NCBI GenBank assembly: GCA_016840165.1
Contig: JAEOSU010000048.1
Coordinates: forward strand, 1 to 64,000
Length of the DNA stretch: 64,000 bases
Direction: 5' to 3'
From: Promethearchaeota archaeon
Lineage (GTDB): Archaea; Asgardarchaeota; Lokiarchaeia; Sigyniarchaeales; SOKP01
The notes beneath the pieces were generated by a model. It had not been told where the DNA came from. It saw only the letters and a list, made by a program, of their open reading frames with translations, and made no database searches. Shown in pieces: positions 48,808-57,541 of this stretch (positions within the stretch are counted from its first letter, which is position 1; each line of letters begins with the position of its first letter). The position numbers and the translations under genes are program-made.

Positions 48808-48844
48808 TTTATGAAAATATATTAAGAAAATATATTTGAAGGAG
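48808..48844 (+). promoter_or_regulatory. Candidate K-turn at the rpl7ae ribosome-binding site
   Basis: UAU-GA, 9-bp stem AAATATATT/AATATATTT, GA, then AGGAG. Confidence 0.4.
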
Positions 48845-48850
48845 AAAAAA

Positions 48851-49222
48851 ATGAGTTATGTAAAATTTAAAGTTCCTGATGCTGTAAAAAATGAATTAAA
48901 AGAAGTAATCACAAAAATAGCTGAAACTCGCGATTCAAAAATAAGAAAGGGATTTAATGAAGTTACTAAATCAATTGAAAGAAGTTTAGCAAAATTAGTG
49001 GTTATGGCGGAAGATGTAAGTCCCCCAGAAATATTATTTCACATTCCCTTGCTCTGTGAAAACAAATCTATTCCCTATGGGTATATTTCTACTAAAAAGG
49101 AATTGGGAAATTTGGTAAGAATTAATGTCGGTTCAGCAGCAATCGCTCTTGAAAAGCTCGGAACTAATAATGAAAATGTGTTAGATAATCTGATTAAAAA
49201 GCTGGGAGAATTAAAAAAGTAG
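48851..49222 (+). CDS. rpl7ae: 50S ribosomal protein eL8 (L7Ae)
   Basis: KG.NEVTK.IER..AKLVV.AEDV.P.EI..H.P.LC..K.IPY; ATG after GGAG. Confidence 0.96.
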   Translation: MSYVKFKVPDAVKNELKEVITKIAETRDSKIRKGFNEVTKSIERSLAKLVVMAEDVSPPEILFHIPLLCENKSIPYGYISTKKELGNLVRINVGSAAIALEKLGTNNENVLDNLIKKLGELKK

Positions 49223-49236
49223 AGAAGTGAAATTCT

Positions 49237-49482
49237 ATGGTTAAATTGGATAAGTCAAAAGGTTCACAAGTGGATGATTACTCTATTCCTGCAGAGGTTA
49301 TAGATATTGTTGGAAGGACTGGTTTAACAGGTGAAATCAATCAGATTAAGGTTCGTATTCTCGAAGGGCCTGACAAGAATAGAATTTTAACCCGAAATGT
49401 TAAAGGCCCGATACGAGAAAATGATATCGTAATCTTACGCGAAGTAGAAAGAGAAGCACGAAAGATTAGAAAAAGACGATAA
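49237..49482 (+). CDS. rps28e: 30S ribosomal protein eS28
   Basis: AEVI.IVGRTG..GE..Q.KVRIL.G....R.L.RNVKGP.R..DI..L.E.EREAR. Confidence 0.96.
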   Translation: MVKLDKSKGSQVDDYSIPAEVIDIVGRTGLTGEINQIKVRILEGPDKNRILTRNVKGPIRENDIVILREVEREARKIRKRR

Positions 49483-49499
49483 GGAAATGCTAAAACCGA

Positions 49500-49697
49500 T
49501 TACTTATCAAAAAATTCCAATAGCTCTAAATTTTTATCTTCATTCTCAATAAATTCTCTGAGAGCAGTACGAATAGCCTCAGATCGGCTTGGAACAATTT
49601 TTAATTTGATTAGTTTTTGAATATTTTTATCATAACATTCTGGGATATTTATAGTAATATTCCGCATTCTAGGAGATTTTTTTTCATCGTCAGACAA
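49500..49697 (-). CDS. Ribbon-helix-helix (CopG/Arc/MetJ) DNA-binding protein
   Basis: ITINIP......I..L......SRSEAIR.ALREF. Confidence 0.85.
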   Translation of the reverse strand: MSDDEKKSPRMRNITINIPECYDKNIQKLIKLKIVPSRSEAIRTALREFIENEDKNLELLEFFDK

Positions 49698-49947
49698 TTT
49701 ACCTGATACCTAACCCAACATAATTATAGAATATGAATTTAATCCATATTAAATGGAATAAGAACAGCTAAAATATTGAATACCCTTTATCTGTTCCACC
49801 TTTTTGATAATAAAATATAAGTTAAACTTGTTTATAAAATTATCTCTCCCTATATAAAGGTTCCTATATCATATGTAAATTATTTTGACAGATTTATTTT
49901 CAAGTTGAACATTATTAACTTTTAATTTATATCAATTTGAAAATATT

Positions 49948-50634
49948 TTATTCACATTTATTAGTGTCTCTCTTCACATATCGTCCCCGACGTTCAATAG
50001 CAGAAATATTCTTTATAATTAGTTTTGATTCATTCTTTTCGACTGTTTTATATATAGATCGATATCCTTCCAGAAAGGCATCAAAACAGGGCTTAAAATC
50101 GCTTCCATGAGTTGAAACTAAAACTCGTTTAAATAGATGAATATCAACACTCTTGTCCTCAATAGAATCAGAATATTCATGAAGTCCAAAATCGATGAAA
50201 AAAATTTGGTTCTTTTCAGTAATAATGATATTACTGGTCGTTATATCTCCATGCACATGCCCATTAATATGGAGTCTGGCTACTTGCTGTCCTATATCAT
50301 GAAAGATATTTTTTTTCTTTGAATTTGTTAATTTATACATTATTTCTTTTAATTTATGGCCTTCAATATATTTCATAATAATAAGAGCTTTTTCTGTATC
50401 GATCTCAAATACTTGAGGGATATTAATTCCCTCCTCTTTTAATTTAATTAATGCTCTCCCTTCATTCAGAGTTCTTGTCGTTCTAATAGTGTAATCAAGT
50501 GATTCTTCGCGATATTTTTTTTTAATTCGATGTTTAAATATGACTTTTTTCCCAAACCAATAACCCGCATAAATATTTGCTTCAGCTCCTTTATGCAAGA
50601 GCTCTTTTTGTATAATTAAATTTGAATCAATCAT
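49948..50634 (-). CDS. bud32: KEOPS kinase Bud32
   Basis: GAEA.IY, K.R..K.YR...LD, RT..E, HGDITTSN, IDFGL, RGRY. Confidence 0.94.
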   Translation of the reverse strand: MIDSNLIIQKELLHKGAEANIYAGYWFGKKVIFKHRIKKKYREESLDYTIRTTRTLNEGRALIKLKEEGINIPQVFEIDTEKALIIMKYIEGHKLKEIMYKLTNSKKKNIFHDIGQQVARLHINGHVHGDITTSNIIITEKNQIFFIDFGLHEYSDSIEDKSVDIHLFKRVLVSTHGSDFKPCFDAFLEGYRSIYKTVEKNESKLIIKNISAIERRGRYVKRDTNKCE

Positions 50635-50637
50635 GAT

Positions 50638-51651
50638 CTAGCCTCTCCAAGGTATTGATAAAGTGTCCATTCTTTCTTTTGGATCAATTACGGTAAAACG
50701 ATTATCGTGTTCTCCTTCTGATTGATATCTCAATACACCTGTCCAAGCTATCATAACGCCATTATCTCCGGCATACTTATGAGGTACAACTTCAAATCTT
50801 GCATTATGCTCTTTACTTATATATGCAATCATCTCTTGTAACCGTTTATTAGCCGCAACTCCACCTGTTAATAACACTTCTTCTTTTTGCGTGTGAGCTA
50901 ATGCACGTTCAGTAACCTCAGTTAGCATAGCAAATGCTGTTTCTTGCAAGGAATATGCTATATCATTCCTCCCGTAGGCTTTTCCAAAAGAGTCACTTTC
51001 GATCAATTTTTTTGCTGCGGTATATAATCCAGAAAAGGATAAATCCATTCCCTTAACAACATAAGGTAATGAAAGATATCTTTTTGATTCTTGTGCTAGT
51101 TTCTCAATCTTAGGACCTCCTGGATGAGATAATCCAATATCACGAGCAAACATATCAATCATATTTCCAATGGAAATATCCAAAGTTTCTCCAAATATTT
51201 GGTATTTGCCTGATTCATAGGCACTTACAATCGTATTCCCTCCAGAAACATATAATGTCAATGGATCATTAATATTACACATCAGGCGTCCAATTTCTAT
51301 ATGAGCAATACAATGATTCACCCCGATAATTGGAATATTAAGCAATTGACCGAGCATTCTTGCGACTTGAGCACCAATTTTTAAGATCGGCCCTAAGCCA
51401 GGACTTTTACTAAATGCAATTAAATCAATATCACGTATTTTACATTCAGCATCGTTAAGAGCTTTCCGAATTACACTCATAAAGTTATTTAGATGTTGTT
51501 CTTTAACCAAATAAGGATGAAGCCCTCCTTTTTCAGGGATAAATGTGTCATTAGCCACACTATAGACCTTTCCATTAAAATCCATTATTCCAACGGACCA
51601 AGTGTGGGCTGTGGATTCGATTCCTAAAACCAGCTTAGTATTGAATTTCAT
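50638..51651 (-). CDS. kae1: tRNA t6A threonylcarbamoyltransferase Kae1
   Basis: LGIESTAH, PGLGP.L, VNHCIAHIEIG, LYVSGGNT, GETLD, GGVAAN, DNG.MIA. Confidence 0.96.
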   Translation of the reverse strand: MKFNTKLVLGIESTAHTWSVGIMDFNGKVYSVANDTFIPEKGGLHPYLVKEQHLNNFMSVIRKALNDAECKIRDIDLIAFSKSPGLGPILKIGAQVARMLGQLLNIPIIGVNHCIAHIEIGRLMCNINDPLTLYVSGGNTIVSAYESGKYQIFGETLDISIGNMIDMFARDIGLSHPGGPKIEKLAQESKRYLSLPYVVKGMDLSFSGLYTAAKKLIESDSFGKAYGRNDIAYSLQETAFAMLTEVTERALAHTQKEEVLLTGGVAANKRLQEMIAYISKEHNARFEVVPHKYAGDNGVMIAWTGVLRYQSEGEHDNRFTVIDPKERMDTLSIPWRG

Positions 51652-51736
51652 GAATAGTGAATTTTATATGTGATATTTTTTTAGCGTATATCTTAAAATT
51701 AGTGGTAGAAAAATTATAATTTTTGTTACAAGTAAA

Positions 51737-51970
51737 TTAGTTAGATTTTGTACGTTTTCTAGGAGATCTTCGTCTTCTTGCGACTGTCGCCGCTCCTTTC
51801 TTTCCTTTTCTCTTAAAAACAGTATAACCACAATTACCACATGTCGATCTATCATAGTGATCTGCGAGAAAATATGATGGTCCACACTTTGGACAAGTCC
51901 TATGATTTATAATTAATTTTCCATCTTCTATCTCATACATTTTTGAAATATCAGTTATTTTAATCACCAA
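51737..51970 (-). CDS. rps27ae: 30S ribosomal protein eS31 (S27ae) with basic C-terminal extension
   Basis: CPKCG...FLA.H.DR..CG.CGYT; exact start uncertain. Confidence 0.93.
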   Translation of the reverse strand: MVIKITDISKMYEIEDGKLIINHRTCPKCGPSYFLADHYDRSTCGNCGYTVFKRKGKKGAATVARRRRSPRKRTKSN

Positions 51971-51988
51971 ATTTACTAATATTATTTT

Positions 51989-52345
51989 TCATTCAAACTC
52001 AAGTAGATGTTTGAATGGTTCCTTTCTCTTCTTTAGGCGATATATTTCTGTTCTTTTTTCGGGTTCTAAGTTCCTTACTTGAATGTGAAATGGTTCGTAA
52101 AATTGAAGATCCTTAGGATCTTCGTAAATATTTACTTTCCCCATGGTATAGGCTGAGCCGAAATGCGTGTTCATATTTCTAATAATAGTGAGTCGTTCAT
52201 TGGCATTCTTCATTGCAGCAACTTTTTTTTTAACTTCCAATCGGTTTGGAGACCCTTTACCAAAATGATCTATTCTAAATCGAATTTCAGTTCTATTAAT
52301 TAAATCGTTCTTTTTCTCTTCCAGTAATTCTACTTTAAATGACAT
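51989..52345 (-). CDS. rps24e: 30S ribosomal protein eS24
   Basis: N.L..R.E....H....SP.R.EV...T.FG.....G...IY; conserved position before rps27ae. Confidence 0.92.
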   Translation of the reverse strand: MSFKVELLEEKKNDLINRTEIRFRIDHFGKGSPNRLEVKKKVAAMKNANERLTIIRNMNTHFGSAYTMGKVNIYEDPKDLQFYEPFHIQVRNLEPEKRTEIYRLKKRKEPFKHLLEFE

Positions 52346-52494
52346 TTTAATGCCTAATAGCTTATATTGACAGAATTTATCAGTTACTTCACAGATAAAT
52401 CTAATTTAGTATGAGTAAAGAAGGATAAGAAATAAAATTTTTTGTTTTTCCCTAATAAAATGTATTTGAATATGAATGAAGTAGAATTTAGTAG

Positions 52495-53082
52495 TTAATC
52501 TTGCTTCATAATGGATATGAACTTCTTTACCAACTTTTTTATTCTCTTAGATACATCCACCATAACGATGCCTTCGGGAAGAGGATTCTTTGAATCGGTG
52601 ATCGGAGGTTGTCCATAAAACACCAGGGTTTTACAATTTTCAATAAGAGGAAGCATTAAAACTAAAGGAAGAACCAGTAAATCTTCTTCTCCTTCGGTGA
52701 TCTTTAATAAAGTTCTTGCGTTTGATTTGATAATTTGGTCTAAAATTTCGAAACTTTCCTCTGGAATTGTTCCACTTGGACTCTTAAATTCTATTATTTT
52801 ATCAAAAAAGATATCGAACCCTAAGGTAATTTTATCTCTTTGAGTTTTCTCATCAATAATACATAATCTAATAAATGCTTTCAAATAGCTATTTTCAAGA
52901 AAATCTTTTGAGACAATATCACCTACCAAATAAATCCTAATAAGACTATGCTCTTTTGAATATTCTTTTATCAACTGTTCTACTTGAGGAATGGTTTGTT
53001 CTCTTGTACCTGAAATTAATTTACCTAAAGGCTGTGAAAACTTATGTCTTTCTTTTTCAGGTATTTTTAAGTTATTTGGCAT
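52495..53082 (-). CDS. DUF359 family GTP-dependent dephospho-CoA kinase
   Basis: P.G, VGDIV, D.KT.R, GEEDLL, YGQP...G.V; conserved position after spt4. Confidence 0.88.
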   Translation of the reverse strand: MPNNLKIPEKERHKFSQPLGKLISGTREQTIPQVEQLIKEYSKEHSLIRIYLVGDIVSKDFLENSYLKAFIRLCIIDEKTQRDKITLGFDIFFDKIIEFKSPSGTIPEESFEILDQIIKSNARTLLKITEGEEDLLVLPLVLMLPLIENCKTLVFYGQPPITDSKNPLPEGIVMVDVSKRIKKLVKKFISIMKQD

Positions 53083-53151
53083 GATGCTAATGAAGAGGAA
53101 AGCTATTTTTTTTATACTAAGTTAAGAGTAATAATACATTTATGAAAAAAG

Positions 53152-53340
53152 TTATCTAACTCTTAATGCATACTTCCCAGGATAATGAATCTTAAGATAT
53201 TCTGCAAATTTAGATTGTTCTGGTTTAATAACTATAACTTCACCAGTGTAATCCTCACTTAATGTATGAGTTTTACATTTAGGACAAAGTTGATCATTTC
53301 TCGTAATTAAATGACAATTTTTACATGCTCTTTCTTTCAT
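53152..53340 (-). CDS. spt4: Transcription elongation factor Spt4 (RpoE'')
   Basis: ACKNC...CP.C....S....G...I..P..S..A.......PG.YA..VR; ATG after GGTGA. Confidence 0.95.
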   Translation of the reverse strand: MKERACKNCHLITRNDQLCPKCKTHTLSEDYTGEVIVIKPEQSKFAEYLKIHYPGKYALRVR

Positions 53341-53368
53341 AGAAAAAATCACCTATCAATTAATCATA

Positions 53369-53965
53369 TTACATTCCATTATTTTCTTCATCTGCTTCTG
53401 ATACTTTATTTTTATCAGCATATTCTTCTTCAATATCCGCTTCTATCCATTCTGGTTTGCCTAAGAACCTTTGTCTCATAGTTAAACCTAATTTTCCGCT
53501 TCTACCAGTTCCTAATGACACGGCAATTATCTTCGCTCTTACCATATCATTTACTTCTAAAATTTTTCCTGTTTCTTTACCTATAAATCGGTTCCCTACT
53601 TGTTCATATGAGATATAATCATCGCAGATTTGGGAGACATGAACCAAACCATCTAAGGGTCCTAATCTGATAAAGGACCCGAAATCAACAATTTCTACCA
53701 CCTCTCCTTCCACAACTTCGGAGATCATAGGCTTAAATGCAAGAATTGAAAATTCAACTTCATGAAATGTATTTGCGTTTCCAGGAATTATAATCCCTGG
53801 ACCTACTTCAATGACATCAACAATTGCGATGATGAATCCATAGTCACGGGTGATAATTCCCTCATAATCTTCTGAAAGGATGATTCTTGAACTGACCTCT
53901 TTTGGTTGATCGAACAAGAAAGGAGGAATTTCTACTTTCGCGGTAATTTGATATAATTTAAAAAT
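53369..53965 (-). CDS. rpoE1: DNA-directed RNA polymerase subunit E' (Rpo7)
   Basis: FKP...EVVEGEV.....FG.F..LGPLDGLVHVSQI.DD, GLTMRQ..LGK.EW; conserved N-terminus (x)FKLYQITAKVEIPP begins at ATT 53965. Confidence 0.95.
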   Translation of the reverse strand: MFKLYQITAKVEIPPFLFDQPKEVSSRIILSEDYEGIITRDYGFIIAIVDVIEVGPGIIIPGNANTFHEVEFSILAFKPMISEVVEGEVVEIVDFGSFIRLGPLDGLVHVSQICDDYISYEQVGNRFIGKETGKILEVNDMVRAKIIAVSLGTGRSGKLGLTMRQRFLGKPEWIEADIEEEYADKNKVSEADEENNGM

Positions 53966-54071
53966 AATTTAGCACCTGCATAACAGACGAACTATAGTGA
54001 ATATACATATGTAGAATAAAATTAATATTTTGTGGTTTTATGAGAATGAGGCAGTACTTATGAAAGTGATT

Positions 54072-54452
54072 TTAGATTAATTGTGCAATTTTTTCGCATG
54101 TACGCCTGCAGTCTAGTAATATCAATCCGAGTCGTACATCCTTGGCTGCAGAGACCGTTAATACTGCATTTGGGCCCGCTTGGAGTACTAGGAGATATCC
54201 GTCGCTTCCTCTAATATATAATTGATCAAAATCACCTTTCTGCATCTCGATAATTGCCCTTTCGGATAAAGAAAGTAAGGCAGCAGTCATAGCGGCAATC
54301 CTAGTCTCATCAACATCCCGTGGTAGAGCAGAAGCAATCGGCAATCCTTCAGCAGAAACAATAGCTGCGGCTTCTACTTCAGGAATAGCGGCTAACAATT
54401 TTTTAAGCAAATCATCGAGTGAATCTGGCGTACTGGACTCCACTTTAGACAT
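54072..54452 (-). CDS. Roadblock/LC7 (MglB/LAMTOR-like) protein
   Basis: AAAIVSAEGLPIAS.LP..VDE..IAAMTAALLSL.ER......G...Q..I.G..GY. Confidence 0.93.
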   Translation of the reverse strand: MSKVESSTPDSLDDLLKKLLAAIPEVEAAAIVSAEGLPIASALPRDVDETRIAAMTAALLSLSERAIIEMQKGDFDQLYIRGSDGYLLVLQAGPNAVLTVSAAKDVRLGLILLDCRRTCEKIAQLI

Positions 54453-54695
54453 TCTCCTTCATGTACTAAAAAATTTTGTTAATATATATAATAATAAGTG
54501 AGTATTTAATATAACCTATTAATTAACTTCAACCATTACTTATATTTAAAGTAGATTGGTATTATTTATTTTTTTTGTTTCTTTTGTGTTTAATTATTTT
54601 TTTTTATTTAGAGCTTATTAAGTTTTATAATATGTAGGTAAGAATCTCATTTGGTAGATTGGATTACAGTACTTAATGATTTTAGAAAATATTTA

Positions 54696-56288
54696 TTATT
54701 TGAAATAGCGATAAATAAGCTTTTTAGCATCAGAAAAAGGATTTATTTTTCCAGTAAAGTGAGCGAGCTCATATGCAAATTGCTGTTCGAATGACTTTGT
54801 AAATACATCTAATTTTTTAGAGAGCACAGGTAAATATTTAGTAGAAATTAAGGCAGAAATGACTGATTTTCCGTAAGAAAAGTAAATTTTCACGCCCTCC
54901 TTGTCGATAATGTTTAAATTTTTATCCTGATCTGTAATTTCTGAGATTAATCCTATGATTCCCGTAAATCCACCAGTTATGAGGTCCTCACTAGGGATGT
55001 TTTTTTTCTGATCTGGTTTAAAGTCTTTGGTATACAAACATACTGCGGCTGAGTTAAAAACATATAAACTTTGCAATGAATCAGCCCAATCTGCCTCCTT
55101 ATAGGAAAGTATTTCAGGGAGCGTGCCTATCCAAATAAGGGTGACAATAAGTAAAAAGGGACTCAATCCTTGCAGATAAAGGGGAATCCAATAAAAAAAT
55201 GGTGGATTGGACAAATATACTTTATTCAAAGCAAAATGAATTATAACTCCTACAATTAAACCCATCATAAACACCAAGAGAAAACTGCAAATCATTCTAG
55301 CACGGTATTTAATCGCATTCCTCTCAGTAGAAAAATCAGCTGAGAGGGTGAATAAAATTATAAAAATTATTGGAATAGAAACTCCAAAAAATATTGAGTT
55401 ATATATAATTGGGTTTTGAAATATTCCAGCAAAAATGAATATCGATGAAATTATGAGCAATCCTGCAGAAAATGTCCATTTCCTTCCAAAATTATCTAAT
55501 GCTACTCCAAATATTATAAATAGAAGCATGAATAATGGAACAAAGATAAATGGGCTAATGATAAGTTCTCCATAAGTCGAAAAAGCATTACCAAGTATAA
55601 ATCCAAAAATCAAAAATACTAAGATATAACCAAGGATGTGGTAGGCTCCTGTAAGAATATGAAAAAAATTTTTATTAGATTTGAGCCTTTCCTCATTTTC
55701 TCTATATATGTAGTTTTTTGAAATGTAATAAATCGAAATTAACAAGAAGGATTCAATGATGATTATGATAATGGTATTTCCCAAAGTAATAAGCATGATG
55801 AGATGAGAAACTATGAAAGAGATGAAGAATAAATATCCTAATAATCTACCCCTATTTAGTATATTTGATTCATGAATATAAATGGTTAGAAGATCTATTA
55901 TGAATAAGCCCGTAGACAAAATCATCAGAGATAATCCAATATGCTGAAAAAAATCTCCAAAAAGCACTAAAATCAAGCCTATTATAGTAATAGGTGAAAT
56001 AATTAGTAATAACCTAACCCGATCTTTTATTTTATCGACTATAAATCCCGCAAAAACAATTGTGAAAAAAATTGCCAGGATAAAGGTTAATCCAAGACCG
56101 TTGAATAATAATTCTTGCAGACTAAATTCTAAGATATGCACCACGATAAAGTTTAGGGCTATTGTACAAAAGAAAAAGCATATAAGAAAATAGAGAAATC
56201 CACGTCGAGTTATAGAAAGATCTCGAATGAATAATCTCCGAAATCTAAAGATCTTCGAATAATCCTTTAATAATTCTTCAATATCCAT
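54696..56288 (-). CDS. MFS-like 12-TM protein fused to a C-terminal longin/roadblock-like domain
   Basis: Two MFS motif-A copies (AGFIVDKIKDR, GVALDNFGRK), about 12 TMs; soluble tail LYVF.....CLY...F...EDLITGGF.GI..LISEI...F...F...L..F.G. Confidence 0.72.
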   Translation of the reverse strand: MDIEELLKDYSKIFRFRRLFIRDLSITRRGFLYFLICFFFCTIALNFIVVHILEFSLQELLFNGLGLTFILAIFFTIVFAGFIVDKIKDRVRLLLIISPITIIGLILVLFGDFFQHIGLSLMILSTGLFIIDLLTIYIHESNILNRGRLLGYLFFISFIVSHLIMLITLGNTIIIIIIESFLLISIYYISKNYIYRENEERLKSNKNFFHILTGAYHILGYILVFLIFGFILGNAFSTYGELIISPFIFVPLFMLLFIIFGVALDNFGRKWTFSAGLLIISSIFIFAGIFQNPIIYNSIFFGVSIPIIFIILFTLSADFSTERNAIKYRARMICSFLLVFMMGLIVGVIIHFALNKVYLSNPPFFYWIPLYLQGLSPFLLIVTLIWIGTLPEILSYKEADWADSLQSLYVFNSAAVCLYTKDFKPDQKKNIPSEDLITGGFTGIIGLISEITDQDKNLNIIDKEGVKIYFSYGKSVISALISTKYLPVLSKKLDVFTKSFEQQFAYELAHFTGKINPFSDAKKLIYRYFK

Positions 56289-56363
56289 AAAATCACATTC
56301 TTAGAGCATTTAATATAAAGTATTTATAATTATAAGTAATTTATGTTATAATTTAAGATGATC

Positions 56364-57422
56364 TTAGTCCAACTTAAACTTTTTAGTAGAATCAATCATC
56401 ATTTTAACATTTTCGGGTTTGCAGCTTTTATCTAGTTGTTGAGTAGGGCTAACAGTTAACGGAGCATGGAATTTACGGGATTTAGAAATCAACTTCGTAA
56501 TATATTCTTTTACCTCAGTAGTGTTACCATATGATAGCAAACTCATATCTAAGTTGCCAATATAGCAAATATCTTTTGAATAACGTTTAAATAATTGAAA
56601 GATATCCACACCCGCGCTAGGTTCCAAACTCTGAACAGCATCGAATCCCAGATCAATGAATAAAGGGAATAAATCAGTAATATAACCATCAGAATGAAGG
56701 ATTATTCTTCCTTTATTCTCATGGATGTAGTTTACAATATCGCTATAGGATGGAGAAAATAGTTTTTTCCATAATGAAGTTGGAATAAAGGAGCGGTTCT
56801 TATAGCCACAATCGTCAGCAATAAGAAAAAATTTAGTACCAACTTTTAATAGCTCGGAAATAAGTTTTTTTAAGAAGGTTAAAAAAAAATTAATGACATA
56901 ATAGATAAATTCTATATCTCTCTTTAGCATTTTGGAAAAATAAGAAAATCCCATAGACTGCCATGTTTTTTCAAACAATCCTGGTAAAGAAAGGATGAGC
57001 ATAAGGTGATCTTTTGCTTGAAAGAGATATTTCGAAAGATTATTTAGCTGTATTTTTGGAGGAAGTGTTAAATATTTCCAAGAATCTATGGTCTTTCTAT
57101 TTTTAAATACACCATCCCATGTATACCAATTGTCTTTTGTTTTTTTTCTCCCCCATCCATCAACTTGTACATCCTCATTTAAGCTATAACCACCCTCCCC
57201 GCGTCGGAAATCCCAGAGTGATATAGCATCAAAACCCATCTTAGATATATAAGAGTAATCACGACCGTTTACATAAAAAGTATTCTTATTTATAATGAGA
57301 GGATATTGAGCTTTATAGTTATTGATAAATTCTGTATCAGGATATCCGGTACAATAGAGAGGAATTGAATTTGTAAGCTCTCTTGATAAAACTTTAATAA
57401 AATTTATAGAACGATCAAGCAT
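56364..57422 (-). CDS. Uroporphyrinogen decarboxylase / MtaA-CmuA family protein
   Basis: D.WG, ADD.G, LHSDG, LEP.AG.D, GNLD. Confidence 0.85.
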   Translation of the reverse strand: MLDRSINFIKVLSRELTNSIPLYCTGYPDTEFINNYKAQYPLIINKNTFYVNGRDYSYISKMGFDAISLWDFRRGEGGYSLNEDVQVDGWGRKKTKDNWYTWDGVFKNRKTIDSWKYLTLPPKIQLNNLSKYLFQAKDHLMLILSLPGLFEKTWQSMGFSYFSKMLKRDIEFIYYVINFFLTFLKKLISELLKVGTKFFLIADDCGYKNRSFIPTSLWKKLFSPSYSDIVNYIHENKGRIILHSDGYITDLFPLFIDLGFDAVQSLEPSAGVDIFQLFKRYSKDICYIGNLDMSLLSYGNTTEVKEYITKLISKSRKFHAPLTVSPTQQLDKSCKPENVKMMIDSTKKFKLD

Positions 57423-57541
57423 CCTTAAATTATAACGGTCTAGAAATTAATCATGTTAATATTGATTAACAATAAATCAAAGAATAATTATTTGATTATT
57501 AATTATTAAAATAATTGTTATTATTGGTTAAAGTGTAAATT

